This document shows, in pieces, positions 36,315 through 50,200 of a stretch of DNA of 64,000 nucleotides (positions are counted from its first letter, which is position 1; each line of letters begins with the position of its first letter). Origin of the DNA: Perkinsus chesapeaki ATCC PRA-425 (lineage: Eukaryota; Protista; Perkinsozoa); the NCBI GenBank assembly GCA_013115145.1, contig JAAPAO010000113.1, positions 1 through 64,000 on the forward strand, in the 5' to 3' direction. Made by a program: the position numbers and the translations under genes. A model generated the notes under the pieces. It was not told where the DNA came from. It saw only the letters and a list, made by a program, of their open reading frames with translations, and did not search any database.

Positions 36315-37599
36315 TCATACTATCACATTGTCGAAGCCCAATCCCCAGTTGGTGTCCCCTTCCTGAACCAGCCTGACCGCAACCCTCTTGCCGAATCCAT
36401 CGGCGGTCTCCTCCCCTAGGTACAGAACAGGCGGATTGCCTCCACAGACTTTGATATTATCGAGCCTTAATGGATTTATTTTAATAATACTCTCCGCCGT
36501 CGCCAGAGTGGCTTTGATGTCTTCTTGATGATGATGATAACCAACAAAGAAAATGCAGTTTTCTGCCGGATTCTTGATAGCAAAGACATTTTCGAGCTTA
36601 ACAAAGGACATGTCGGAAAGAGACTCAAACAGGATATTGAACATTGGATATCGAGTTATCAACTCTACTGTGAGTGTCACTCTCCCATTGCCCATAGCGT
36701 TACCAGTAGTAAGTACGATATTCTTCGGATGCCTGGAAGTGGCGGGGCCTTGGCCAACCAAATGAGGAGGAGTGTCTACTTTCATAGGGCCTTGGCCAAA
36801 CAAATGAGGAGGAGTGTCTACTTTCATAGGGCCTTGGCCAAACAAATGAGGAGGAGTGTCTACTTTCATAGGGCCTTGGCCAACCAAATGAGGAGGAGTG
36901 TANNNNNNNNNNNNNNNNNNNNNNNNNNNNNNNNNNNNNNNNNNNNNNNNNNNNNNNNNNNNNNNNNNNNNNNNNNNNNNNNNNNNNNNNNNNNNNNNNG
37001 TCTACTTTCATAGGGCCTTGGCCAACCAAATGAGGAGGAGTCTCTACTTTCATAGGGCCTTGGCCAACCAAATGAGGAGGAGTCTCTACTTTCATAGGGC
37101 CTTGGCCAACCAAATTAAAAGAAGGAGCATATACCCCTGGAGTGGGAGAGGGGTCGAGGGGAACCGCACAATCTAATCTTGTGAAGACACCGGCCTTTGT
37201 TTTCTCCACCCTGTAGTAGAGCACAACCTTGCTTTCTTTATAACATATGACAACCTTATTCTTTCTTCCAGTTGTTTTGCTCGCTTGTGGTTCCCCGGTA
37301 AGATAATAGCAACGACCGAAATTATTAAACTTGGATAACGTAAGCGAGGAAATCTCCTTCAAAATGCCGAGTTGCAACGCATTGTATGTGCCGTGGATGT
37401 CATAGAAGGCAACCAGGGAATGGGAATTACCAGGTCCTGCGGACAACCTTACTCTGGACATTTCAGGCCAGCAAGTCCTAGTGTTATCGTTTGCATATCC
37501 TTCGTAGGTACCCAGTGGAAGGTCTCCTTCCTTCAAGGAGATGCTGCCAACAGCTCCATAAAGCGAGAGGCTCGCCAATAAGATACTTCGTGTGAACAT
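36315..37599 (-). CDS. Secreted two-domain protein with central 14-aa repeat (GQGPMKV[DE]TPPHL[VF]); single gene split by an N gap
   Basis: MFTRSILLASLSLYGAVGS is signal-like. The same 42-bp repeat lies on both sides of the gap, joining ORF 36700..37599 (N half) to ORF 36315..36887 (C half). Confidence 0.75.
36745..37112. repeat. Coding minisatellite, 42-bp unit (gtctactttcatagggccttggccaaccaaatgaggaggagt)
   Basis: About 6 visible copies flanking the N gap 36903..36999. Confidence 0.95.
36903..36999. other. Assembly gap (N run)
   Basis: Run of n characters. Confidence 1.
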
Positions 37600-38410
37600 T
37601 TATAGTGATAAATAACAATAAGCTAGCGAGGGTGTCCAATCAACCTATTGGGAATCTTATCCGGCAGTTTATTGATCCCCCCCCAGATAGGATCCTCTAC
37701 ACCGTTTCACACGTGGTAACAATTTATCAAAACCCTCAATGAACAATATCCTGGACCAGGTTTCATCACCATCTATGTGACTTGGTTAAGACCTATTTTC
37801 GCGCTGCAGAGGCCTTTGTGAAAGCCAGTTAATAAAACTTATTATGTTCCTATTAATTTCCGTTTTTGTGACACTCAACTTGGCCGCGCCTATAAATCAT
37901 CGTGCCGTCTCGCTCAGAGCAAGTTACTCTTCCTGGGAGAGTCTTCCACCACTGCAGGCATTCCAGTCCTTCCGGATATGCCAAGTTATTTGGAATTTCA
38001 TCTGGGCAAGATTTGACGTCTTCCCACTCCTATTTGGAAAATACCAACTTCAATTTTGACTAGTGAATAGAGGATACGATTCTCGTTTGGGAGAGTCCGA
38101 GATTCGACATGACTCATACTGATGATTCATATAGCAGATATGGCTCATCATCATTTCGAATAGTAGCCCATTTCATCCGGTAAAATCTCTCTCATCTCTC
38201 TGACCATTTCATAATTGTCTTTCCATCCAACCATTTGGTACGATGTCACACCAAAGCCGCTTCGCATTTTAGAAATCCAGGTTCATCCCAGCTAACGGTT
38301 CCCAGGAGGAAGAACTGCAGAAAAGCTTTCGAGAAGGGAAAGAACTTCACGCTATATATTCAGCAGAAGTATGCAGTATTTCAACAGGAAGGTTTTTCTA
38401 AATTACTATT

Positions 38411-38468
38411 GACAGGGTTCGAACCAGGGTCGCATTCATGGTAGCCGAGAAACATAACCGTCAGACAG
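38411..38468 (-). mobile_element. tRNA-derived SINE-like head, copy B
   Basis: Minus strand gacggttatgtttctcggctaccatgaatgcgaccctggttcgaaccctg has a B-box GGTTCGAACC and aligns with copy A. Confidence 0.45.
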
Positions 38469-38998
38469 ATTCGACTCTCAAAAATAATCTTTATTCAACA
38501 GCGTTGCTATTTTGATCTACTGCGTGAAGCCTAGAGTCTCGTGTCTCGATATTGGATATTGAATCCTAATGTTTCATTCTTTCTCCTTCTTCAAGTTAGC
38601 TAATACCATCAACTGGCTGCGCTCAAGGTTGGACGAAATGAAAGGCAATTATTGAAACGTGCCAACTTGTCTCTGAACAGCCGTAGCGGACGAAATATGA
38701 ACGAAGTAATTTGCACTGGATCAACAAAAAATGATAAGAGGATCGCCCAGCAGCAATGGGCGGGATACAAAGGATCAAATTAGACCCTCCAAATCCGTGG
38801 ACAAAATCCTTGTGGAAAGGGTCACGTTCGAAGTGTTACTCAGAGAGCAATATGATATAGACTTGAGTTGTAGAGCGGCAGCAGAGAGCTTTCTTAATAC
38901 CTTTATAAACCTATTGTGCAGCAGCAGTCACTTGATAAGTCCAGTTTTACAGAATGGCTAGGCTAGTCATTTGGTATATTAAGTAGGCTTATTATTAA

Positions 38999-41900
38999 AT
39001 GAATGCCGAACTCATATTTCCACTAATACTATTTTCAACCCTATCCATTTACGTATGTTATAATTTATACACATATGCTCGACACCAGACCCCCAAAAGT
39101 TCGTTCATTCTCTCATGTTGCGGTATGATACTATCGGTCCTCACATTGACCCTTGTGCCATATGACCTCAGCCGGACTGCCTCCCCCAACTCCAATGGCC
39201 TGGCAATATCGTGGCGAGTGACTTATTGGCTCTCCTTTGCTCTATCGTGGGTGGCATTTCCCACTATGACTCAATACGAAAAAGTTCACTCCATTAAACG
39301 GGCATTTCGTCGTAATATATACTGGCATATCTTGTACGCCATTATCGGTATTGTAGCTCTATTGTATCTTTGGTTCCATGGTGACCTCGGTCTCTCTGGT
39401 ATAGTTGGATTCATCTATGCTGCCTCGAATGCCTGGGGTTTGGTATTGGTAACATTTTTGATGGGTTATGGGTTGGTAGCTATTCCGCAATGGTTAGCAG
39501 TTCTTGCTAAGGACGAACGCTTAATACAAGCATTATATGCTCAAGCGGTACAAGGAAATGATGTAATAATGGAACGGAGATTTGGGGAAAATACGGTATG
39601 AAATTGGATTAGAAACCTTAATAGTGAGCTTAGTGCCTCACGTATTAATTATTTTTCGAAGCATCAATAATTTTCCTTGGAGATCCAAAGTTGAAGACAA
39701 AAAGATGATTTTCTTCATCTATTCAAGGTTGCCCTGCTGCGGGCCAAACCTGATTTGAGTTCTTCACTACTAGATGATATTCTCGCGATTTATAAGGAAT
39801 CTGCAGATGGTTATCGCCTTATGTGTGTTTGCTTAACAGGCCCGATTGAAGAGCAAATACGAGCTCACGGATACTTTTAATGCCTGCAAGAACATACCGT
39901 TATCGTCCATGGACGTGTCAGCAAGGGAAAAGGTGATACCTCGGGAAGTTGAGGGAAAGCCGGTATGAAATTCCCTGTAGACTAGTTCGTTGCTTGGAGG
40001 CTTTAGACATCGATGCTTCGAAAATGGTACAGGAATTTATCATCTGAAAAATCACTGTTGAGTGTTTGGAGTGCGCCTAGTCGAAAGCTATTGGTAGAGT
40101 AGTAGTACTGTGACTATCATCAGATGCGTGAAAGCGCGGAGTTCTTGGGAGTGTATTGGAATAGCCGTCGTAGTGACGATGATTCGTTCCACAGCATATC
40201 CAATGGAGACGAGGATCCTGTTGAAAAGGAAGAATCTGGTAATAGAGGAATGGGGGCTTTAAGATACTTCTAGGCGTGGGCCTTATAGGATTCATCGCTC
40301 ATGGTATAATGAGCGCATTTTGATTGATACGTATGAGACTGGTAAAGTGTTCACATTGTGATATGCCTGTGTTTTGCCTGGCTGAAGCTCAGAGCAGCTT
40401 TTGGAATTCATTGTTGAGTTACACTGTGTAGAGTCTACAGCTCAACAACAATCAGTTCCAAAAGCTGCTCTGATATACTGCTAGTTTGATATAATATATA
40501 GTATTAATGACGTATTATTCTTCGACACATACCATACTGACCTATAGAGGGATATACAATCTGGTATTAGAAGTGAGGCCTTCTACTGGAGGATACAGCG
40601 TTATCGTATATAATAATAGTAGATAATTATAGTAGTATTGAATCAATACGATCAATGACTTATTACTATCAGTAGTAATAAATCACTAATTATAAGAAAG
40701 TAGTTATAAGTCTTATATAAGTTATAAGAACTTATTATACCAAGTTTTATATAATCCCACCGCTTTCTAGTTTGGAGATCTCATCGCCTTGTAGGGTCTC
40801 CCCAAGGGGAAGCGTTAATTCCTGATAATAGTAGCCAACTATCGAGAGAATCAATAGAAGTATCGATGACCAAGTTGGAGGAGTCATTGGCTGAAGCACG
40901 GAGGGAAAATCATAGGTAGAGTGACAGGTGGGAAAGTTTATGAAGAGTACTTTGGAGGAAACTTAATAAAATTGGTTCTCAGTGGATTTCATTTGAAGTG
41001 GGAGTTTCCGATATCCCACAATGATACATGTTTTCAAAAAGGATTTTGAAATGTAATAGATTTCCCACTTTCCCACTTCTGCGTTGTTTGGAGAGGAGGC
41101 GACATTATTTCCCAATTCGGAAGGTTATTCGTATAATCATTATTTAAAGTGCTAAATTGTAGCCATAATGGGTACATTCAAGGAACACTACTCAATGGGA
41201 GGCTTGTACGTAATGGGAGACATTTGTCGGAAATCCAGTACGTTTCGAGGTTGTAGAAGTAAGTTCAACTTTGGAGCATCTTTTTGCATGCCCTTCTACT
41301 TCATTTTTCCTCATAACAGCTGACTTACACTTAGATGGTCGGATTTGGTCGATAAAGCTGTGAAGGTTGAAGATAGGATGTCTCGGCGAAGTGAAATGCC
41401 GGATAGGCAGGGTAGATGGGAAACCGTGAAGAGATATTTGGTACTAGGAGTCTCGGGAAGGCCCGGCTTGTTGCATATTATAGCTCGAGCAAGATCACTA
41501 GCTTCTCCGTGAATAGTCCTTATTGGCAACTTACCGGTGTATGATTGATGTCTGTAATCCTGTTGCTATATAATCTCTGTCTGTATCCAGAGTTGGTACT
41601 ATTTCTGTACAGTTTTCTAACCTCAACCATATGATGCTTGTTCTAAATGCGTATAGAAAGTAGTGAATATCACTACGCTCACGGAGCTTGTTTCACCATG
41701 CACGGCATGACCTAGCTGTGCAGAATACAGAAAGCAATTATTCCAGTCATTATCGACTTATTGTTAAGAATGTTGAGGTGCTCTTCATCGTTATCGTTTA
41801 GTGATGATATAATGTGTAGTACCAGTTTTATAGTGGAGAGAGCCGTGTAGCCTCCTGCCTGTATGTTAAATGTTTACAGTAACTATTGATAGTGGAAATG

Positions 41901-44900
41901 TTGTTGTAACGTGTGTGAATGGTATCATAGTTATTTGATGACCAGTGATAGTCTTAGGAATTCGGGGATCGGGTGACGTCAATATTGCGCATGCGTGCGT
42001 GACAGATAAATTGAACGAATTCCTTGCCATTAAATTCATAAATTTAGTCTCATCTCGGACTTGTATTAATTTCATGATATTATTGCATATAACTGATGGC
42101 TATCAGACTCGGGGCACAGTATAAAATTAATCTTAACCCGAAATACCCGTTTTTTAGCAGGGTATAATATTTTCATGTATGTATGATATGGTATTTTAGT
42201 TTACTGTCTATGATACAGTAACGTTTACACTCGTCCGAGGTGTATCGGGAATATGTGCCTTTTTGAGTGGAATCATTATAATTGGACAGGTAAAAAGGGA
42301 TGCATATTACTAGTAGTGTCCACGGTTCTAGACTTACCTTAAATACTCATTTTGGTGTTATTGCTCGTAAGTAGTATATCTAAAGATATAGATGTAGATA
42401 AGATATTTATGTATTATCGTACGTTTCTATGATATTATAATGTCTAATATATTTTACTCATGATGTAGAATCCATTTAGGCTGTCAGATGGCGGATAACC
42501 ACCGTCGCCTTGAAAAGTGCGTTTTGCGTCCTTATTCGCATTTAGGCTTTCTTGCTGCTTGTCTTTGATATCGATAAGAACGATCACCAGCTGGTTCTCG
42601 ATGGAAATGCTGACGGAACTTGTCGATAATCTTCTGTTTGCGCCAATTCAAGCTTCATTTTCAGGCTACTCAGTTTTGGTCCTGGAGGTGGCTCAGTCTA
42701 TTAGGAGTTGGTTACGACCGGATTGCTTGGGTGCTAGGGATTGCTGAAAGTAGGTCATCAACCACATGGATGACTAAGTCGGTAGGCAATGCAAATTTCC
42801 AGCTTTTTTGTGTGGGGAAATCTTACAATACCCATGCTTGTGGAGCATGATGATTTTCTGAACATTGTCTCGTTGGCACAGAATTATGAGTGCATCCAGT
42901 GAACTTCGTTAACTGGGCTGGGTGGTTTGAAGGGGGCTTCCACAGGTCATGGGTGGATAATTGGACTTAATTCTCCACTTTTAACTTCTTTATGTTCATA
43001 GATTTTGAAAATCCAAGAGCATAAGAAATGGGAAGAAGTGAAACTGATTTTTCTCTTCCTTTCAGGCGAAGGTCTCTCTCCATTGAAAGCCACGACGATC
43101 CTTCAGTTGGCAGCTGGCGCACCGTTCCTTTATGTGGTCGGTTGTTCTTATTGGTCACTTTTTAAAATAAAAGTTAGTGGAGCTTATGGGCTATATACTC
43201 ATCACCATACTGACACGTAAGTTCGCGTAGGGAGCGGTATCCACGGAACACTACCATTGGAAATATCTTACCATAGTGACTGGCACATTTCAGCGGATCT
43301 ACCGAATCCGAAGTCCGTTCTCATCTAGGATGCGTCCGCTTCTTGAGTGAGTGTCAGTTTCGAGCCTAACACGGCTATGGAATAATTTCTGCTGGGTGGT
43401 GGCCTATTTAAGACATCAGTCACCGAAATGAATTCCGAATATTCGAATATCGATCCTCGGATTTGGTGAGTTCGATTGGGTCGATTGGCTTCAACAGCGG
43501 CTCATAATATGAAGTAGATTTAATCATAACATTATAATGTAGTACGCTATATCGTTCCCATACAACTAAGCAACGAACCATGTGCAACACGGGCTCACAA
43601 TGGGGGGAGCCTCCCAGTCGAAGTGGGTTTCGTCGTTTGGTAAGAAGCAGCTGCTTGCCTACGATAGTCACTTCCGCCGTATGAAAAAGCTAAACGCTGA
43701 GGATAATCTTTTCAGGAGAGGCGGATTGCTCGTCAAGAGCCTCTTGACAAGAGGGGCTCATTAATATTGAGCCAATATTCTCTCTCCACTTCGTGGTGTG
43801 CCTCGATACCAGACACAGCGAGAATACTTGTATGGACCAGAGCACTTCGGGGAGCCAGAACAGTCGTGCGAGCTCAAGGCAAGCACGCGCAGTATTCTCC
43901 GTGCGCTTCGCACTCGGTGGTCAATGACTGCGCAGCTGCGCGGGAGCATGCAACGCATATTTTTGCGAATATGAGTGGCCTGTACCAGTGAAGCAACCTC
44001 ACCTCCGACGGTGAGATGCACGCTACCGCAGTTAGGCCTGTCAGGCCCACCAGTCGGCACATGACCGTCGAAGGGGCTCGCAGCGAGCCTTTTACATGGG
44101 GCATTCGATGGAATGCAAGCCCAAATAGCTCGTTGTGAATCGAGTCCTGGTACCGTGCATCCTCTATCTCCAATCGCAGTGCGACTTAATAACTTCCGGA
44201 GAGTACTCGATGTGCTTGTGCACCTAATTGGTCCAGACGTTAAGTCTTGTGTATTCGATATGAAGGGAACCCCAGTCGAGGAAGTGTGGCCTTCTCCATT
44301 TTGGCTGCCAACTATCTCAAGTTGGCAGCTCTTAAGCTGCGGACGTGAATAGATGATGCAATCAGGAGATAGTGTTTTTCACGTGGTGCTCTCCCGCATC
44401 CTTGTGAAAAGCTCCTGTGAACCTGAGAACTACTTACCTAAACCTGAAACTCGTCACTAAGTTTCCGCGCTTCGTTCTGAGTTTCACACTCGAGTTGATA
44501 TATGAGTATTATAGTTGTCGTGATCATCGTATCATAGTTTATGATGATGATTGGTGTGGGGTGTACAATCTAGTGAAGTGAAAATTCACAGTTGTTAAGG
44601 GAGGACTGCATAGCAAATATACATTTTCATAGATGATTTTTAGCACGGCATATTGGTATAATTCATAAGTAGAAATTATAAATATATATAATTTTCTCAT
44701 TTATTATTGATAATATTGCTTTTGGATTCACCTTCATTATTTATCCATGTTACATGAACGGTGCATCTTTCCTCAGAATATCTCTACTATGGTGTTCATC
44801 AATGGTGGCACGTTTAAGCTTTCCGCTAGCTTATAACTATCTAAGGCTATTACGGATACCTGATACCGATACGACATATGGTAAGAGGGTCTTGTGATGG

Positions 44901-45826
44901 CTTGCCACACATTAACCGATCCCCGGATCATTGATCGATGGTGGGAAAAGAAAATTTTAAGATTTTTCCAGAAAATTGTGGGATATTTTTACGCTGCATT
45001 GAGGAGGGGATCTTATTAAAAGAAGCGATGAGGTAATTTTGGAGGTCCACCAAGGAAGCCAGACAGATATATTAAAGTTCTTGGTTCAATCGACTATGTG
45101 ACATAATTTCGTGTTCAGGTCGCTTGTTCGGTCGGCCGATCTCCGCAGCTCCCATAATTGGTGATGGTTTTGTTACATACTTTCCTCTGCTTGTCCTGGT
45201 AAGTATCGGAGCATTGCAGAATATTTGCGGAAGTAGGCAGAAGTATGGGAATTGCGATCGTATTTCTCCTCTGATACACTCGTCAAGTGCTTCCTAAGTG
45301 GGCCTCCTATTTCGCATTTTAAAATATGTAACGAAGTTAAGATTGAAGTATCGAACTCGTGGTAGACGGTGATAGCGTATGTTGCCAGTCGACAGTCTAG
45401 GCTGGAATAACAACGTGTATGGGTGAATTATTGCCATTAATCTATAGCTGTTTCAGCTTTACTACAATTCGAACCAAACTGCTATGCAAATTCGCTTGAA
45501 TTTGATTTTGTACGCAACTTCGCGAAACTCGAAAGACGTCCCAATCCCAAGTAGAGGTTCGATGTAAGATGGGATTGTCGTCGTGTCAGGTGTTGGCGGT
45601 GCTTCAACTGACTAATATGTATCAGAAGGTCATTACTTGGCTGGGCCTGCAAGATGTGTTGGAATTCGAGGACAGTGGGATGAAGCATGATGAAGCGGTT
45701 GTGGATGAGGTATCTTTGGCAATAGTCATTCGAAAGTGTGGATCGATTTGCTTTTTCGGGTATCATAGAAATGTAGAACTTGCGTCCGAAGCGGGACGCC
45801 GAGTGATATCGGGTCGGCCGCTATAG
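38999..45826 (+). CDS. LMBR1-family (LMBRD2-like) multipass membrane protein; many exons, large introns, 3' end uncertain
   Basis: LVPYD, WRVTYWLSFALSWVAFP..QYE, AASNAWGLVLVTFLMGYGLVAIP; later exons YWSLFKIKVSGAYGLYTHHHTD, ISLLWCSSMVARLSFPLAYNYL, PIIGDGFVTYFPLLVL, NMYQKVITWLGLQDVLEFED. Confidence 0.8.
40780..41560 (+). mobile_element. Degenerate non-LTR RT remnant inside an LMBR1 intron
   Basis: GSPQGEALIP (PQG motif) is followed after a frameshift by SIDD (YxDD-like). Many stops; AT-rich flanks. Confidence 0.3.
43780..44000 (-). mobile_element. Possible non-LTR ORF1 zinc-knuckle remnant in an LMBR1 intron
   Basis: Cys/His-spaced peptide ...SHDC...PKCSGPY..SRC resembles clustered CCHC knuckles, but is degenerate. 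Confidence 0.25.
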
Positions 45827-47249
45827 AGAGTGGTGTCTCAAAAAGATACCGGCAGTATTACGTGTACTGTACAATTTGTACGCTAGAGTTGGGCAGGATT
45901 CATACTGTACAAACATAAAGCGTGAACAATTCTATGCCTAAATTCAGACCTTAGTTCATCGACTTTCGCGTGACTATCAACGTTCATTAGGATTTAATTT
46001 ATTCGTGAAATTGAAGATACTAGTCTCGCATTGCAAAGAATCGTGATACACGTAACGAGGGCAACCCAGGAGCTACCTGGTGGGGTCTTGAGGATCTAAA
46101 AGGACGATGCCTATTAGGCATGGAATCGTTCTTTTAGAGGCTTTTTAGTAAAAACCGTAAAAACTTTTCACGGGGTTCATAGCACGTAAGTCAGAAGTTC
46201 TAGGCATTGCGTTAAGAGTGCACCACTCATAAGTTAAGTCCAAGTGCACACCCGAATGGGGGCCGGATGAAGCCCTGATGCCCAAGCTCTCATCGACCGG
46301 TTTCTGGTATGTTTATCGAAAGCAAAGCTTGTCTGCTTATTTAGGGGCAAAGACTTATCAAACTGGAACGGTTAAAACGAGATATTCCGCCAGTTGACCT
46401 TTATGGAAATATCGAAGAAGATGATCTCAGGTGGTTATTCAAGCCAAAGCGTGTTTAACTTAGGTTTGTTTCGGGTTTTGGTAGTTCTACGTCGGCCTGT
46501 TAGGTATCTACGTGCAATGCCATGATATGTATTTAGTCTCTTATTGACACAAGTTTTTGGTTTACCAAATCTGCTAAAAGCTCCTCGTCTTTCGTGATGA
46601 ATTTTTTTCCAAATGAGTAAAGTAAAATTGGTGCATCCCTTATCATCCTTTCTACTTTGGAAGTATATGCTTTCTCCAGCACAAATCTCGATGACTGAGT
46701 CGATCTGCTGAGGATTGCTATTCCTTATTATTTCTTCCTCACCATACATCTCGTTGTCATTCGTTCATTTAGCATTGTGGTTTATATAACATGCAGGATA
46801 ATAAGGGCATAGATCCCTCTATTTGTTGCCTATTACTGTATTGGCCATTCCTGTATAGTATGTACACTAGTATCATATGCCAATGAAGATGCACCCGTTG
46901 TTGCCCACTATAACACATTTCTACTGCTTGCAGGTTACAGCTGTCACAATCGTTATTGAAGGAGGGCACGGATAGTAGAACGTGAAAGAGAGAAGAGTTC
47001 GTTGAATTTGCTTGCTACTGTCTACTCGTCTTTTTTGTGGTGTTTACTTTCTGGAAGCTTTGCCTGTCGGTTGCTCAAGGGTATTATTAAAGATATAATA
47101 AGCTTCTCGAATTCATCGCCGCCGTGAGCAACTTTCTTTCACTATGAAGGAATCCTCAAAGTGTAATGCTTCACACAGTGCCAGTAGGTTGAAGAGCCGG
47201 GTTTCGGGTTCGCCATATTTCCGGGTTTGTGTAGTCGTTTCTTATTATA

Positions 47250-50200
47250 ATGCCACGACGCCCTCTCTTAGTTTTGGAAGGTACCGAGGTGGACCAAACC
47301 GTATCTGGAACTTGGAGCATGTAAGAATGATTACGCTTTCTTCATCCACAAAAAGTCCAATATTATATTATTTACCAAAACCCACCAAAAGGCCCATAAG
47401 GGGACCGTCTAATGGATCCAAGCCTCAGCAGCCACCTGTCACAGAGGCTCATGAAGGCACCGCACCTTTCCGTCTGTTTAGAGGCAAGATCGTAAGCCCT
47501 AAACAACGTTAACGAACGAGGGACCAGTTAGACGTTAACCGCAACGTTAAGCAGTTAATATTTAATTAAATATATATAATAATTAACTATTATATGCAAA
47601 CATTTGATGCATATAATATTATACATACTTCAGTCTTATTTAGTATTATCAGCAGTCTCAGCAGTATGGATGAACGCGTACCGCTGCTTCTATTTTTACA
47701 AATTTTCGAGGTTGAATAATTATCTTCGCCATTCGCCATTCTACGAACTTTACGGTCAAGTTTTCCGCGTTTCATTTCCCGAGTTGGCCGAGTCTTGTTT
47801 TTATTTTATCCTTCCTTCAGCGCTGATGATGGTACTCTATGTCACAAACAAACAGGCATTTCGATTGGTCAAAATGGTCTGAAGGACGGCCAACGAGAGT
47901 TCAGTATCGACCCTGAAGACATCGAGGTAAGGAATCAACCCGAATTCTAATTTTGCATGGAGTGATTTGTCATTGATATTTTGCTTGTTTGGGAGCTAGT
48001 TTGGGAGCAGGCTCGAATCGCAGAGTAAAAGGTTCGGGTAGATTTCTGAGATAAGGTTCTCGACCTCCGTTCAACGGGGAATACTTTTCAACAATTTTGG
48101 TTAATTTTCAAATTTAAAACAGTTTCCTTTCAATTCGCGGTAAAGTAGCGCACTCATTTCCCGTGTCAGTAGTGCCTTGAATTCACTCCCTTCTGACGGC
48201 ATTCCATGAACTCTTTGAGATATCCAACTTCAACTTAATAAGCTCCTGAGGCCTGCAGCATCGCTTCGTTCGTCGCTAAGTCGATAACCATATATCTTGT
48301 CGAATTTGATCTTCTCTCCCCGCTCAGCGAGTCCTCCTACGGGAGCAATTGAATATTCGATTATAGCCTTTGTTGTTGTTTTTCAGGTGGATGATGATGA
48401 TTGCATTCTGGGTCGAGGGGCATGTGGTATAGTCACCAAGGCCGTCCATGCCCGAACAGGTGAGACCAAACTTATTACCTTCGAAAGCTGTATCGAAATG
48501 TACAGTTTATCATCACCTTGGAGGTTGAGGCCATTCTGCTAGTGCCTTGCGATTCGATTGTTTTAGTATGAACGCCATAGGCTAGGCTTGAACTTTTAAT
48601 TGGCTCTCGACGGTCAACTTATAGGGAAGCTTCGGGGATGGTAAATGGATGAATGTCAAGTGCGACTGTCTTCGCTGTGCTAGAGCACAGTTACAACGCT
48701 CGCTCGTAAGTATGCACCGTACTCCTATTCGATGAGCATGTTTTCTATTCGACGAGTCCCTACTACGCACGATAAGCTATAACCATTTTGCTGTCTCTGG
48801 GTTGTGCATAGTTGGGAATTCCATCAAGGAAGAAGAATGCGCACTGTGCCCTCCTAGTGTTGATGATGAGCAATTTTCTAGGTACTTGGCTCGCCATTAA
48901 AGCAGTGCGCGTTGAAGATAAGGAGAAGCGAGCTCAGTTAATGACGGACATTCAGGCAGGAATCTTTCGAGTGCGCAAAGATACGCTCGGTATTCAGGCA
49001 CTTATCATGGCGCAAAAATGCGAGTTTTTGGTTCAGCTTTATGCAGCGTATGTCCACAAAGCAAGCGGATGCGTAAGCTGATCGATTCGCTTCATCTGCA
49101 GGTATCGAAGTAGGTTCATGTAGCACTGGAATTAATGGACCGAGGGTCGCTGGAGGACTTTACTAAAAAGATTCCTGGAAAAGTGTGGCCAGAGCGAATG
49201 CTAGCAATAGCAATGTGGCAGACGGTGGAGGGTATCAGGTAGATTAAGATATCTAAGTCGCGGTATTTCGACTTAGGCATTTACATTGTCATCATGCTTT
49301 ACATAGAGATATCAAACCTGGTAACATTTTAATCAATAGTCGAGGTCAGGTGAGTTGGATGAAGGAAGACTGCGTCGCGGAAGTTCGGTAAATTTTTAAT
49401 AAATTTCGAGGAATGGCGAATTTTCCTGGAAAAAATAATACAATACGAAATGGCTCGTAGATTTTCTAGCGTTCCGATCGACCTGATGTGGTAGAATTTT
49501 TCCCAGTTGGGACTCGGTGATCGGCATACCCGCACAGATATCTTTAGGTCAAACTAACCGACTTTGGAATTGCAAAGAATTTGAATACAACAGTTGGATT
49601 ATGTAACACTTTCGTCGGTATGAATCCGTTGCCCATTTCTCTTCATTAGTGTGTCTGTCAAGGTACGGCCACCTATATGTCGCCTGAGCGTGCAATAGGG
49701 CAGGATTATACGTATCCGGCTGATATATGGTGAGGAAAGTATCGAACATGTGTTCGCATGGGGGAAGAGGAAATTCGAAAAAATTTTTTAAAAAAATCTT
49801 TCCGGTCGATTTGCGCTAAGGAGTGCATCGCTGTTGACATTGAATGGAGTGAGCTGAAGATACAGCTCCCGAGGCGCTCAGTTAATGAAGGGTTATTGTA
49901 ACTTGCTCAACTTGATGCGATGTCGTCTGCCTCGGGGATAAAATGCATTACGCGAACAGCGCTTGTCCGGTCTCTCTAGTGTCTAAGTGTCGCCCTACCT
50001 AGCCGAGGGAGCATGCGCATGTTAGGCTATCGTAAATCCTTCCTCAGGATGTCTAAGCCAGTGAAATTCTTGGAAAAATATGTTTTTTATTTTTTGGCCA
50101 GCGAGTCATCTTGCCTTACGGAAGTGTGTTCCTGGAGTTCCAATAGTTGTTTTTGGTGGAGAGTTGGCAAAATAAATAATGGGAGGGAAAGACCCACCGG

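Noticed and set aside
36525-37176. Plus-strand repeat ORFs, and a programmed frameshift between the two minus ORFs
   Set aside because: The plus ORFs are antisense shadows of the 42-bp repeat. The frame offset falls across an N gap of estimated length.
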